Source of the DNA: Felis catus
Lineage: Eukaryota
NCBI RefSeq assembly: GCF_018350175.1
Contig: NC_058377.1
Location: forward strand, 108,252,001 to 108,316,000
Reading direction: 5' to 3'
Length of the DNA stretch: 64,000 bases
Under the pieces are notes generated by a model. That model did not search any database. It had not been told where the DNA came from and saw only the letters and a program-made list of their open reading frames with translations. Position 1 is the stretch's first letter, and every line of letters begins with the position of its first letter. The translations under genes were made by a program, and so were the position numbers. Shown here piece by piece: positions 11,991-37,011 of the stretch.

Positions 11991-12624
11991 ACTTTTTCCT
12001 TTTAGTCTGAACATTCTGCCGTCATTTAGAGATTAGGGGTTTCACTATCGGTTGTGGGGCTTTAGCCCGGGCCTGTGACGCCCCAAAGCCTATACTCCAC
12101 TGCAACCTTCTTGCCCCAGCGGAAGTTCTGTATCAGAACTGGTCAAGTGTGAAGACCAAAGGTGGGGAGCTGAAGGGCCAGCAGCTTCTTGCCTGTAGGC
12201 TCCCTCTCAGTGCTTGAACGGCTTGTCCCTTCCCTTGGAAGACAAGAAAAAAGGAAACCTTCCTTACAGCTTTACCCAGTTGGAAGGCTGCACCTCGCCC
12301 TGGACCAGAGTCAAGGCCAGAGTAGCCATGGGGCGGAGACATGCCTGCCCTAGGTCCCCTGGAACTGTCCCCCACCCACCCTGCATCAGGCACCCACCCA
12401 AGAGACCCAGGAAACCACTCGGAGCTGCTGGAGAAAGGGACTTAGGCAGGGGGCCTGAAGCATCAGACTAACTGAACTAGAAACACCTGCTTGCACCAAG
12501 GTAGCCAGGGATGGAAACATGGATCTTTCCTCTTCAGCTCGTACAGTGCTGTTCAGGCATCATGCCCTCCAAATACCACCCACAAAAAGGAATTTCCCCC
12601 AAATAGAGAAGTCATTGGACAGCC

Positions 12625-12655
<31 letters not shown>

Positions 12656-13069
12656 CAAATGTCCGTACAGTCTGCTGTTTTAGATGCCCAACATTCATGC
12701 GTGACTTGCTATAATATAACAATATAAACCTCCCTAGTAGAATGGATCTATTCCTATTTCTGTCAAAAATAGATTCACTCTTTTTCCAAAGGGAGATAAC
12801 TCAATATCTTGTCAATGATCACATCCACTTGCAAGTCCGGGAATTCTAGATGTTCATTCCTCCTGCAATTTTTTTTTTACCAGCCCCATCTCAATACTTT
12901 GCAAACTCTGAACTGTGCTATAAAGTTAGTTATCACCAATACACCCTATATTCAAGAGCGGAAAGCAGGAGAGAAGAATGGGAGAATTAAAATATATAAA
13001 AATAGACTTGATGCAGCGAGAAAAGAAACAGACGTAGAAGCCACGGACTCCTTCAAGAATTTTTTTAAG

Positions 13070-13174
13070 GACTTTAAAAAAAAAAGTAATCTCTACCCCC
13101 AACGTGGGGATCGAACCTACAACTCTGAAATCGAGAGTCGCACATGCTCTATCAACTGGGCCAGCCAGGCTCCC
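13070..13174 (-). mobile_element. Short older Can-SINE
   Basis: GTAATCTCTACCCCCAACGTGGGG...GGCCAGCCAGGCTCCCC. Confidence 0.75.
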
Positions 13175-13305
13175 CTTTCACCATTTTGCCTCGTTTCCTT
13201 GATCTCTTTGCCTACAAAAACTTTTTTTTCTGACCTGTTGAAAATAAGTTGCGGACATTACGATAGTTCATCCCAAGTGCTCTAGCATTCATTTCCCGGA
13301 AGTCT

Positions 13306-13526
13306 TTTTCTTTTTTTTTTAAGTTTATTCATTTATTTTGAGATAGAGGGAGAGGGAGAGAGGGGGCAGGGGCAGAGAGGGGGAAAGAGAGAAAGAGAAC
13401 CCCAAGTAAGCTCCATGCCTCCGTCATGGAGACCAACGCAGGGCCCGAACCCACGAGCCATGAGACCACACCCGAGCCAAAACCAAGAGTCAGGTGCCCA
13501 ACCGACTGAGCCACCCAGGCGCCTCC
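13306..13526 (-). mobile_element. Can-SINE
   Basis: Reverse SINE flanked by GAAGTCTTT duplication. Confidence 0.9.
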
Positions 13527-14250
13527 ATGAAGTCTTTATTTAGCTCAGTTTTGGTTTTATTTGACTTCTTCAATCTGTGGATTCACATCTTTCATTATTG
13601 TTGGGGAATTATCGATCATTTTCTCTTTAAATACTGCCTCGGCCCCCTTTCTCCCTACCCTCTGACGCCCCAACTAAATGTACATTAGATCTCTCTATGT
13701 ATCTATGTTTCTGCTCTAATTCTCTATTTTCCGTTCTTTTGTCTTTCTGTGCAATGTTAGGGACAATTTCTGCCTACCTATCTTCTAGTTTCTGTGTTCT
13801 CTCTTCAGCTGTGAGTAATTTGTTTAAAGGATTCATTGTGTTTTTCATTTTGGTTATTTTATTGTTCCGTTGGAGAAGTTCTATGTTGTTGTTTTAAAAT
13901 TCCGTTGTGGCATTTCTTAATAAGCACTTGTCCCCTGAAGGTGTCCTTATGCTCGTTTTTAACTCCTTTAAATGCAGTAGCAATGTTATTTTACGGTCAG
14001 CATCAGATAATTCCAACACGTTAAATCTTTGTGTGAGTCAGTTTGTGTTTTATATTTTTTGTACTGGTTCTTGTGAAAGGCTTCTTTTTTCTTTGTGTGC
14101 CTGGTTATCTTTGTCATATTTGAAAAAAATATTTTTAGGCATAATTTGAGGACTGGGATGACGGTAAATTCCTTCCTAAAGTCTATGATTCGGTACCAAA
14201 TATGTTTGCTTCAGCTAGGTGTCCTGAGGCATTACGAGGATGGGTCCACT

Positions 14251-14568
14251 TTTTTTTTTCTTTCTATAATGTATTTGCTTTTTATAATGTACATCCAGAT
14301 TAGTTGGCACAGGGTGCAACAATGATTTCAGGAGTAGATTCCTTAGTGCCCCTGACCCATTTAGCCCATCCCCCCTCCCACAACCCCTCCAGCAACCCTC
14401 TGTTCTCCATATTTTAGAACCTCTTATGTTTTGTCCCCCTCCCTGTTTTTACATTATTTTTGCTTCCCGTCCCTTACGTTCATCGGTTTTGTTATCTTAA
14501 AGTCCTCATATGAGGGAAGTCATATGATACTTGTCTTTCTCTGGCTGACTAATTTCGCTTAGACAGAG
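14251..14568 (-). mobile_element. 5'-truncated carnivore L1 3' end
   Basis: T-tract then L1 3'UTR (CCCATCCCCCCTCCCACAACCCCTCCAGCAACCCTC...GAAGTCATATGATACTTGTCTTTC); TSD TGGGTC(C/T)ACTTT at 14241 and 14569. Confidence 0.85.
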
Positions 14569-15157
14569 TGGGTCTACTTTAATCCAAGTTCAAGGCTTGA
14601 GCTTCCCTGAATCACCCAGATAATATGATATTGGACTACAGGTTCATACACAATTGGATCCCTTCTCAAAGTGTGGACATGTCCATGGTGGAAGGTCCAT
14701 CTTCCCACCTTGGGCGGGCTCTGAGTTTTGATTTTTAACCCTCCCCACCATAGACCCCCAAACAACAGCTCAGTTTCACAGTTGTATCTTCCAGATCAGT
14801 AAATGTCCCCAGGACAAAAATTGCTTTGAATTCTGAGCTTACCTCTTTGGGTTTTAGCTTCCTAAATATTGGTCCGATTATTCTCACTATATCATTAGCT
14901 TTTCAATGCTTTTAAGATTTTTTTCCCCATTTCCTCTGTTTCGTTTTGTTTTGTTTTCGTTTGTTCAGTTGGGAATATTGGAATTAAATACCTAACCAGG
15001 AGCCTGTTTCCCATTAACTACCTATATGTAATATTAGGAAGATCCCTTGGGTTTCATTTATATTTCTCCCTGTTCCCATTGGGTAATAATCCTACCTCAC
15101 CTTGACAATTAGAATCAACACCCCAGACAATAGTAGTACTTCCTTTCTCTCTCTCTC

Positions 15158-15356
15158 TTTTTTAATGTTTATCTCTATCTTTGAGAGAGAGAGTGCAAGC
15201 TGGGGAGGGGCAGAGAGAGAGGAGGCAGAGAATCCGAAGCAGGCTCTATGCTGAAAGCAGCAAGCCCGATGTGGGGCTCGAACTCATGAACCCACCGTGA
15301 GATCATTACCTGAGCCAAAGTTGGCTGCTCAATTGACTGAGCCACCCGGGCACCCC
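15158..15356 (-). mobile_element. Can-SINE
   Basis: Reverse SINE ending GAGCCACCCGGGCACCCC. Confidence 0.9.
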
Positions 15357-15645
15357 TCTTTTAACTTTCTTGCCCAGTGGCATGCAGAGCAAAATATGGC
15401 CCGTTGGCCATCTTAGCTCCTAATGTGGAGAAATCATTATTGTGCTCCCTGATGGAAGCATTCCTCTCTTGGATCTGGCAGAACCCAGAGGTGCAGAAAT
15501 AGGAAATATTTTGCAAGAGTCACTAGTTGAGATCGGGAGAGGCTGCACCCCACTTCCATTCCTTGGTTCCTGTCTGTAAGAGAAACACTGTACATGCTGG
15601 TCAATGGTTCAGTGAACCTATTGTTCAGTGACAAAGCATTTCTTA

Positions 15646-15657
15646 AAGTTTATTTAT

Positions 15658-15704
<47 letters not shown>

Positions 15705-15878
15705 AGGAGCATGAGCCAGGGAGGGGCACAGAGAGAGAGGGAGAGAGAGAATTCCAAGCAGGTTCCTTGCTATCAGCTCAGAGCCTGACTTGGGGCTTGA
15801 ACTGATGAACCGTGAGATCATGACATGAACTGAAATCAAGAGTTGGACGCTTCACCAGCTGAGACACCCAGGCGCCCC
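15646..15878 (-). mobile_element. Can-SINE with expanded (GA)n at 15661-15702
   Basis: TSD GTGA(CA/TG)AAGCATTTCTTAAA near 15628 and 15881. Confidence 0.9.
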
Positions 15879-16026
15879 TGGTGATGAAGCATTTCTTAAA
15901 AGAATCCTAAAAGAACTGAAAGGCATTCACACTGGGCTCATATGCTACCTTTCCAATTAAACAGAACTAGCCTATGTATTATTACTAGTATTTTTAATTT
16001 AAAATTTCTTATTGAAATATACATGC

Positions 16027-16495
16027 AGGGGCACCTGGGTGGCTCAGTTGGTTAGGCAACCGACTTCGGCTCAGGTCATGATCTCAGTTTGTGAGTTCGA
16101 GCCCCGCGTCGGGCTCTGCGCTGACAGCTCAGAGCCTGGAGCCTGCTTCAGATTCTGTGTCTCCCCCTCTCCCTACCCCTCCCCTGCTCACTCTCTGTGT
16201 CTCTCTCTCTCTCAATAATAAATAAATGTTAGAGAAGAAGGAGGAGGAGGGGGAGGAGGAGGAGGAGGAGGAGGAGAGATATGCAGATGGAGTGCCTGGG
16301 TGGCTCAGCTGGTTAAGCGTCTGACTTTAGCTCAGGTCATGATCTGATGCTCTGTGGGTTCGAGCTCTGCGTCTGGCTCTGTGCTGACAGCTCAGAGCCT
16401 GGAGCCTGTTTCAGATTCTGTGTCTCCCCCTCTCTGCCCCTCCCCTGCTCTTACTCTGTCTCTCCCTCTCAAAAATAAATAAAAATTTAAAAAAA
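16027..16495 (+). mobile_element. Tandem Can-SINE pair with (GGA)n linker
   Basis: Heads at 16027 and 16289; outer TSD TTGAAATATACATGCAG at 16012 and 16504. Confidence 0.9.
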
Positions 16496-16917
16496 ATTTT
16501 TGTTTGAAATATACATGCAGAGAAGTGCCCCAATTTTGTGTAGTTCAATAAATTTTTATAAAGTGAACAGTTTTTAGTTTTACAGATTTGTGATTTGATA
16601 TGCTTTCTTTCTCATCTTAACCTCTAAAATTTTATTTTGTATCAATGGTTTTGCATTCATTTTCTTAAAGAAGGTTTTAAAAATTGAGTATGTGTTAGCC
16701 ACAAAACCTCACAACACCTGGATAAACCATTGAGTACTGCATTATCCTTCATTGGTTTCCCTAAACCTGTTTGTATCTTTGTAAAAACTCATTTTATTAA
16801 ACTCTACTCAACTTCCCCATGTAAAATAGTAATAATAATAAAATTATTAATAAATAACTAAATTATTAACAAACCTACGTACCCACTACCCAGACGAAGA
16901 AAAAGAATATTACTATA

Positions 16918-17304
16918 GGGGGCGCCTGGCTCAGTTGGTTAAGCCTCTGACTTCAGCTCAGGTCATGATCTCGTGGTTCATGAGTTCGAGTCCCACATAG
17001 GGCTTACTGCTGCCAGCACAGAGCCCACTTTGGATCCTCTGTCTCCAATCTCTCTGCCCTTCCCCTGCTTGCGCTCTCTCTCTCAAAAATAAATAAACAT
17101 GGGGTGCCTGGGGGGCTCAGTGAGTTAAGCGTCTGACTCCGGCTCAGGTCATGATCTCACAGTTAGTGAGTTCGAGCCCCACATCCATCAGGCTCTCTGC
17201 TGTCAGTGCAGAGTCCGCTTCAGATCCTTTGTCCCCCTCTCCCTGTCTGCTCCCCCCCCCCACTCTAATGTGCTCTTTCTCAAAAAAATAAACATTAAAA
17301 AAAA
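16918..17304 (+). mobile_element. Tandem Can-SINE pair
   Basis: Heads at 16918 and 17101; outer TSD AAAAGAA(T/C)ATTACTA at 16901 and 17301. Confidence 0.9.
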
Positions 17305-17319
17305 GAACATTACTAGGAC

Positions 17320-17695
17320 CTCAGTAGCTACCTCTTGCCCCCTCTTGTCATTATCCTCCAAAGATAACTAGTCTCCTGGGTTTGGACTCCACGGATTAGT
17401 GTGCCTATTTGTGTACCTTTATATAAATGGAATCATACAATATGTCCTTTTTTGAAGCTGGCTTCTTTTATTCAGTGTTAAGTTTTTGAGATTCATTCAC
17501 ATTGTCGTATAGCGATAACTTATTCTTTCCATTTTGCTCAATCTATTGTACTGTTGTGGGCATTGGTTTTTTTCCAGTTTGAAACTATTACAATGAACGC
17601 AGTGGTAAACATTCTTGTGCATGCTTTTTGGTGTATGTATCCACGAGTGGAGTTGCCGGACCGTAGGATTTGTGTATGTTCAGCTTTAGTGCTAG
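17320..17695 (-). mobile_element. Ancient L1 (L1ME-like) remnant
   Basis: TTTATATAAATGGAATCATACAATATG...GGTAAACATTCTTGTGCATG. Confidence 0.65.
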
Positions 17696-17700
17696 CATAC

Positions 17701-18082
17701 TATCTTAGTCGGCTTGGGCTGCTATAACCAAATATCACAGACCGGGGGGCTTAAGCAACAGACATTTATTTCTCCCATTCTGGAGGCTGGGAACTCCAAG
17801 GTCAAGGTGCCAGCAGATTTGGGTTCTGATGAGAGCGCACTTCCTGACTTGTAGATATCTCCCATCTTGTCGTGACTTCACATGGCCTTTCCTCAAGGAG
17901 AGAGAGAGANNNNNNNNNNNNNNNNNNNNNNNNNNNNNNNNNNNNNNNNNNNNNNNNNNNNNNNNNNNNNNNNNNNNNNNNNNNNNNNNNNNNNNNNNNN
18001 NNNNNNNNNNNNNNNNNNNNNNNNNNNNNNNNNNNNNNNNNNNNNNNNNNNNNNNNNNNNNNNNAACATTCAGGCCACAACA
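17701..18082 (-). mobile_element. MaLR (MLT1-like) solo LTR
   Basis: TATCTTAGTC...GGCTGCTATAACC...CATTTATTTCTCCCATTCTGGAGGCTGGGAA...AACATTCAGGCCACAACA; 5-bp TSD CATAC at 17696-17700 and 18083-18087. Confidence 0.88.
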
Positions 18083-18091
18083 CATACTGTA

Positions 18092-18319
18092 CTTTTTTTT
18101 TAAATGCTTATTTTGAGAGAGAGGGAGAGATAGAGTGTATGTGCGCAAGTGTGAAAGCAGGGGGGGAGCAGAGAGAGAGGGAGAAAGAGAGAATCCCAAG
18201 CAGGCTCCGTGCTGTCAGTGAAGAGCCCCACACGGGGCTGGATCCCACGAATTGGGAGATTATGACCTGAGCCGAAATCAAGAAACGGATGCTTCACTGG
18301 CTGAGCCACCCGGCGCCCC
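18092..18319 (-). mobile_element. Can-SINE
   Basis: Reverse SINE ending CTGAGCCACCCGGCGCCCC. Confidence 0.9.
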
Positions 18320-19030
18320 ATGCGCCTTTGACTCCTGCTTTGGAGTCACCTCGGATACTCTTTGTCCCCACAATCATTTGGTTCCTAGGGAAAAGAGTGC
18401 ATCAGTATTGTCTCTGGGGTTTGCTTCCAAGCTGCTGGCACCCATTCTACAAATGTGGTGCAGGGTAGGCAGGGACAGATACCCCACAACTCTTTTCTGC
18501 CAAAAATGGTCTTAAGGCACAGTGATGGTAAGATGTCTTCTGATTCTAAAATCCTGAGATGGAAGAGAGGCCTGGGAATACGCACATCCTGGGATTAATG
18601 GGATAAGGTATGTGTCAAAGACCAAAGACCATGCCCCGAGGACTGTGACAGTTAAAAGTGGAACAGAGGACAGACAGTCAGCAAAAGAGCCTGAAGGACC
18701 AGTGCGATCAAAGCACAGCCGGAGGGTGTGCATCTCAGAGACCCTGAGAAGAGCTTGGAAAAGGAGGCAAAGGTGAGTAGTGTCATGAGGTTGACAGGCC
18801 AATGAGGATGGAGACGAGATCTCTAAATGTGTTGAAATGAAGGTCCTGGTGTCTTTGTTAGGACCTGTTTCAATGAACTAGGGGGAACAGAATCACCATT
18901 AAACTGGGCAGAAAGGGACTTGGAAGTAAGTCAACAGAGATAGGGTGTATAAACAGAAACTTAGCTTTGAAAGGGTAGAAAGAAATGGAGTGATAATCCA
19001 AGGCAGACATGGGCTGAAGGAAGGGCTCTG

Positions 19031-19245
19031 CTTTTTTTTTTTTAATGTTCATTTATTTATTTTGAGAGAGAGAGAGGGAGAGAGCATGAGCAGGGAAGGG
19101 GAAGAGAGAGGGAGAGAGAATCCCAAGCAGGTTCAACACTGTCAATGCAGAGCCTGACGCAGGGCTCGAACTCACCAACCATGAGATCATGACCTGAGCG
19201 GAAATCAAGAGTAGGACACTTAACTCACTCTGCCACCCAGGCGCC
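19031..19245 (-). mobile_element. Can-SINE
   Basis: TSD GAAG(G/A)GCTCTG near 19020 and 19247. Confidence 0.9.
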
Positions 19246-20060
19246 AGAAGAGCTCTGATTTTTTAAGAGGATATTAAGCCATGTTTGTACATGAATTTGC
19301 ATGAGTCAACAGTGAAGGAGAAATGAATGGTACAAAAGATTCACAGACAGCTGCAGGAAAGAAGTTCTTCAGAGCCTGGGTGGAGGGACAGAAGTAGGAA
19401 GGATGGGAGAAGTGGCTATCACTTCAGTCGGTGGCTGGGTTTGGTGACAGGAAAGGGAGGTAACTTTTGCCAAGAGTCCAATATTCAGGACAAAGAACTG
19501 CCCAGTTCTGGACGTTAATTTTCCTCTCCCTAAATGGGCACTTGATTGGGGGGGGGGGGGAGGGGAAGACAAGTGACCGTGCACCACTCTTGCCTTTGGC
19601 TAGCCACCAACATCCCCCTCCCCGAGCCCGTGAGTGAGGGCAAAGGGTTAACCACAAGGTTAAAGGTCGGCGAGGTAGCAGAACGTAGATGCTCCATCTA
19701 GCCCACCTCTGGGCCTGCCAGTTTTCACCAACCTGCATTTCATCATTTCATCCATCCTCTCCTTTCTGCACCAGGCCAGATCCTCTCTCGCTGGTCCCGC
19801 CCTCCCAGGGGAAGACACCGGGCTCGAGCTGGAGCCCCTGGAGCGCGCGCCCGCCTCCATCGCGCCTGCGCACAGGGCTCCCTCGGCTCCCTGGGCCGGG
19901 TGGACCGTCGCCCAGCGTGTTCCCCGCGCCTCGCTCTCGGGCGCGCGCGCCTGCACGGCGCCTGCGCAGAGGAACGAGGAAACCGGTTCCCTGGTGCGGT
20001 CCCGGCGCCTGCGCACTGAGGGCTCCGGGCCTCCCGGCCTGAGGGAGAGGAGCAGGGAAG

Positions 20061-32534
<12,474 letters not shown>

Positions 32535-33767
32535 TGTGCCCCCATCCCCGCGCCCCTCCCCCACCCCCGTGCATCTAGGGCTGTTTCTCTCCTCCTCTCT
32601 TGTTTTTCATGCCCACCTCTCCCCTCCTCCTCTCTCACAAGTCCAGAGAACCTCGGGTGGTCGTGCCAATCTGCCTTTGGCAGCAGCAAGCTGGGGTGGC
32701 AGCTCTGGCCGCCCCTGGCCCTAGGCCCTCAGGGAGAACGGAGCAGCACACTGCCCCGAGGCATGCCTGCGGCCCGGCTTCTCACTGCTCTCCGTGACGT
32801 GCATTCACTCTGCCTGCCTTGGGCCCCGGCCCTGGTGATCACAGGGTTCAAACCGTGTCCTCTGAGAAAGAGTAGGAGAGCAGCTCGCTTTTCTCTCTGC
32901 TCTGCCTCCACTCTGGTCCCCAGGGTGTTCCCGTCCCCTGGAGGTGAGCAGACCAGGGTCTCTTTGCCAAGAGCGGCTGGGAGTGAGCAGCTGAGCGAGC
33001 TGGGGCAGCGCTTGCACGGAGCTTTCCGGGCCTGTTGTGCCGCTTAGCCTCGCTGCCTCCTTCCCCTAGAATGGCTCTCTGCAGCCCTCTCTTCCTGCGA
33101 CCCAGGATCCTTTGCCTGAGCCAGGATGCTCTTGGTCACCCTCCTTGTTCTGTCCTGTCCCCCTCGCTCCACCCCACCCCAGGGGGAGTAGCAGCTTCAC
33201 CTGATTCTTCCTTGTGCTCACCTGGCTCGCTCGCAGGCGGTCTCTAACGACCGAAGCATTCCCCGCCCTTGAATTTCCTGTCTTCTGCCTCCTCTCCTTA
33301 TTCCCTTTGGTTTTGTGGGGAGAGGGGAAGAATCAGGGGGCCAGGCCAGCAGCTTGGGGGCCACAGGGAGACGTTGGATAATGTGCCTGTTTTTTAACTC
33401 GATGAAAAAGCCTACCTCCGAAATCCCCTTTTTGTTCTTCCTGGACCTGGACATTCAGCTCCTGCCCTTAACTGAATTGGGAGCCTCTGCCTCCTGCTCT
33501 GTGTATCCTGGCTCCTGGGTCACAGGGAAGCCACACAGACATCCCTTTCTTCCCTTGCACGCTCGCTAGCGGCTGGTAAGGTCTTCACACCCTGATTCCT
33601 CAGTTTTTTGCCTGGTGACACTGACATGAAGTAGTGGGGGGGACAGTCCATGCCAGGACACCCTGGAGTGGCCTTCCCCTTGGCTGTGGGCAGGCCCTAA
33701 TTCACTGTCGCTTTGGAGTTGAGGTGTCTTTTCTTTCTTTAGTTCCTGTATTCTAAACATTAGTACA

Positions 33768-33773
33768 AATAAA
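33768..33773 (+). terminator. DPF2: Polyadenylation signal of DPF2
   Basis: AATAAA about 1.23 kb after the stop, preceded by U-rich sequence. Confidence 0.75.
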
Positions 33774-34457
33774 CGTTTTTACACAGAACTCCCTGCTGGA
33801 TGGTTTATCTCCTGACTCCCTTTGCCGGTTAAGAAGGTCATTTCATCCTAAAACTTCTTCCCTAGGACAGTGGTTTTTATTTAATCTCAAATTAAAGTTT
33901 TTGCTGAACCCCTGTATGTGAAGCACGTATAAAAAATTGAGTACTCTGTTCTAACTCTTTAACGTATATTTGTGTTACAACTATTCCTTGTTGTAAAGGA
34001 CAGAGTTGTTCCAGTTAATACAAAACTTGGGTTAGAGTCGGGTTCAGCATCCTGTTTCTGTATTTTGGTTGGTTTGAAGGAAATTCTGCGAGACTTGTAT
34101 ATGCACATGGTGACAGGTTTCTAAGAGTTGATCTTGGGATTTCAGATACTTTACACGGGTTCAGGAGCTTGAGTCTAAATATAAAAGAATCACAGAAGAA
34201 AATATTACGATGGGACGTGTGAAAGCTTTGTGCATGGATAATGCACATGAGCAGAGACCCCTCACTCAGCCTTGCCTGGCATTCGTTCCTGTAGGTACAG
34301 TGTGCACGAGCTCGGCCCCCACTGCCACCTTCCTCGGGACTTGTCTACATGCACAAAAATGAGTTTCCTTCTTTGCAGCCAGCTTTTTTTTTTTTTTTTT
34401 TTTTGATAGCTTCCATAACGGATCTTCTATATCACTTGAGCGTGTGTTTTGAAGTTA

Positions 34458-34460
<3 letters not shown>

Positions 34461-34495
<35 letters not shown>

Positions 34496-34653
34496 TTTGA
34501 GAGAGAAAGAGCGTGTGCAAGCGGGGGAAGGACAGAGAGAATCCAAAGCAGGCTCTGTACTGTCAGCATGGAGCCTGACGTGGGGCTTGAACTCATGAAC
34601 TGTGACATGACCCGAGCAGAAGTCTGACACCTAACTGAGCCACCCAGGTGCCC
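34461..34653 (-). mobile_element. Can-SINE with long T tract
   Basis: Reverse SINE ending GAGCCACCCAGGTGCCC. Confidence 0.9.
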
Positions 34654-35599
34654 TGAAGTTCTTAAACTTAAGATTTGAATCAATCAGTTATGAACCCACT
34701 GAGGTGTCCTTAGCATTTTTTGGAACAGTCTGAAAGCCACTGTTACCTACTAGAAGCCAGTGGCCTAGACCATTGCATTCAATAATAGGGTGCTCTAGGC
34801 TGGGAATTTTGGTAGCAACAAAGCACATCCCCTGTCCTCAGGCTTTTACACGGAAGTAGGCCAGAAGCAGAGGGAGTAAAGCAATGATCGTTGGTAGCTG
34901 AGTAGTCTCTAAGAGAAAAGGAAGTGAAAAGAAGAAGAAATGTAAAAAAAAAAAAAAAAATGCTGTAGCAGGCATAAGAAATTTGGGAAGGGTTTGCAAG
35001 GGATGAGATATAGGATGGGACATAGAGGGATGGAAGAAGAATCAGCCGGTAGAATTGGGCTGGGGAGGGAAGCCTGCGAGAAAGGCAGAGAGATGGGGAC
35101 TCTCTGTGGCGTCCATCCCATCTGTGGCCGCAGGCTTCCCATCAGAGCTGGCAGTGGGGGAGGGAAACGAGGCTGGAAGGCCGGCTGAGGTTGAGGGTGG
35201 GAAGCACTCTACTGCAGGTCGAAGTGTCTATATCCAGTTGCTAACAATAGGCAGGACTGAAGGTTACCGAGGAAGGGACTGGTATTAGATCTTGAGTCAA
35301 GAAACTTGAATCTTGCCAACAGGTACCAAAAGCAAGAAAAATTAGTCCTTTTTCGCCCTAAATCAGAACTGGCCCCAGGCAAGTGGTTCCCGCTAGCTGG
35401 ACAGATCGACGTGAGACCAGCGCTGTCCATGGTAACAGCTTTTGTGTGGCTTAAAGCTTTCATCCATTTTTCTCACAACCAATCCGTGAGGGGTGCCAGC
35501 CCTATTTGGTAGATGAGAAAAGCTGAGACTGCCTAGGTCAAGGTCAGGAGGGCCTTGAGACGCCAAGCCTTCTCTCCCGTGCCCACGCTGCCCAGAGGC

Positions 35600-36200
35600 T
35601 CGTCAGGCCCCAGAGGCTGGCGGCGCCTCCAGGACTCCCGCGGGGTCTTGGCTCCGCCTCATAGCCCCTCGCGCTGGAAGCCCCGCCCCCAGGAGGGCCC
35701 CGCCACTTCCCCGACGTCCAATGAGACTTAGCTGGGGGAGGGACTGAACGTCATTGAGGGCCAATCTGATTGGGCCTGGGCGGAGCTGCGGCGGGTGGGA
35801 GCTGAGCCGCTGCACCGCGGTCTTCCCAGCCGGGGGAGAGCCCGGCGCGGGCGGCGCGCACGGGGCCCTGCTGTGCGCGCGCCCGCCGCCCGCCACCCGC
35901 GCAGCCCCTCGGCCCACACCGCCCTTCGGGTCGTGGCGCCCGTCCCTCCCTCGCTCTCCCGTCGGCGCCCGGACAGGGGCTCGGGAGCCGAGCCTAGCCG
36001 GGGCAGGGGCGGGAGCCGCGGGACGAGCGCCTGAGGTGGGTGCGGAGCGGGAGACAGGGAGGCAGGGAGGCCGGGCGGGCGGGCGCCTGGGTACGCCCCG
36101 CCGAAGGACCCCGCGTCGAGGTGGAGAGAGGTCGGCCAGGTGGCGGAGCCCGGCTCCTGGCCTGCCTCGGTCCCAGGCGCTCGGGTCCGCGCCCTAGTCC
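35600..36200 (+). promoter_or_regulatory. TIGD3: TIGD3 CpG-island promoter and non-coding exon 1
   Basis: CCAAT at 35718, CCAATCTGATTGG at 35761-35773, GC box at 35778. Donor GAG|GTGGGT at 36035/36036; acceptor CCCCGACAG at 36995, 16 nt before a GCCATGG start. Confidence 0.7.
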
Positions 36201-37011
36201 CCCTCCCAGGCCACCACCCTCCCCTCTGGGGACACCTCGTCCCTCTGGCTGCCTGCGGCCTCCTCACCCCTCTTGCTGTTTGTCGCCTGTGCACCTGCCT
36301 TCTGGGCCTTGCGCTCGCACTGCCTCTCCAGGCCCGCCCCGCCCCCCGTCCCCCCACTCCCCCCCTCCCCGCAGTCTTACCTCCTCAGGACCCAGCGCCA
36401 AATTAGCCTGGTTCCTTCTGCTCCCATCCGTCCCTCTTTGTCGTCTGTACACTTGTCACCTCAACTCTGTTCATCCACTCTGCCCCCTCCTTCTCCCCGA
36501 ACCCCCCCTTCCCAACATCCAGCCCAGGCCATCATCCCTCTCCCCCTCCCAGGGACTCCTCCCCCCAGCCCTGATTGTCCCCTACACCTGCCCCACTCAG
36601 CCGCAGCCCCATGTCCTCCCCCATCCATGCTCTTTTGTTGTCCCTGCAGCTGTCCCCTCGGCTCTATCCATCCTTCTCCCCGAAACTCTAGCCCAGACTC
36701 CTCCGTCTAACCAGTGAGCCACCCCCTCCCCGGTTCTGTCCTGCCATCCCTCCTGATCTGTGCCCAGCCCACGGTTCCCTCAGCCTCGCCACCCCCTTCC
36801 TTCCAGCCCAGCCCTCTGAACACCTACCCAGTGTACCCCCTCGCCCTCTCCCAGCCGGCCCAGTCTTCCCCGGGGTCTCCCCTACACCAGCCGATTTCCC
36901 TGTCCTCATCCACCCTCTTTTCCTGCCCGTGCCCCTCTCCCATCCTCCTGGCCTCAGCCGGCTCCACCCCCGCTCACTGTTTCCTCCCCCGACAGGTGCC
37001 GTGGAGAAGCC

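Noticed and set aside
35535-35546. AGGTCAAGGTCA upstream of TIGD3
   Set aside because: Lies in MIR-like sequence where this motif arises commonly; no other support.
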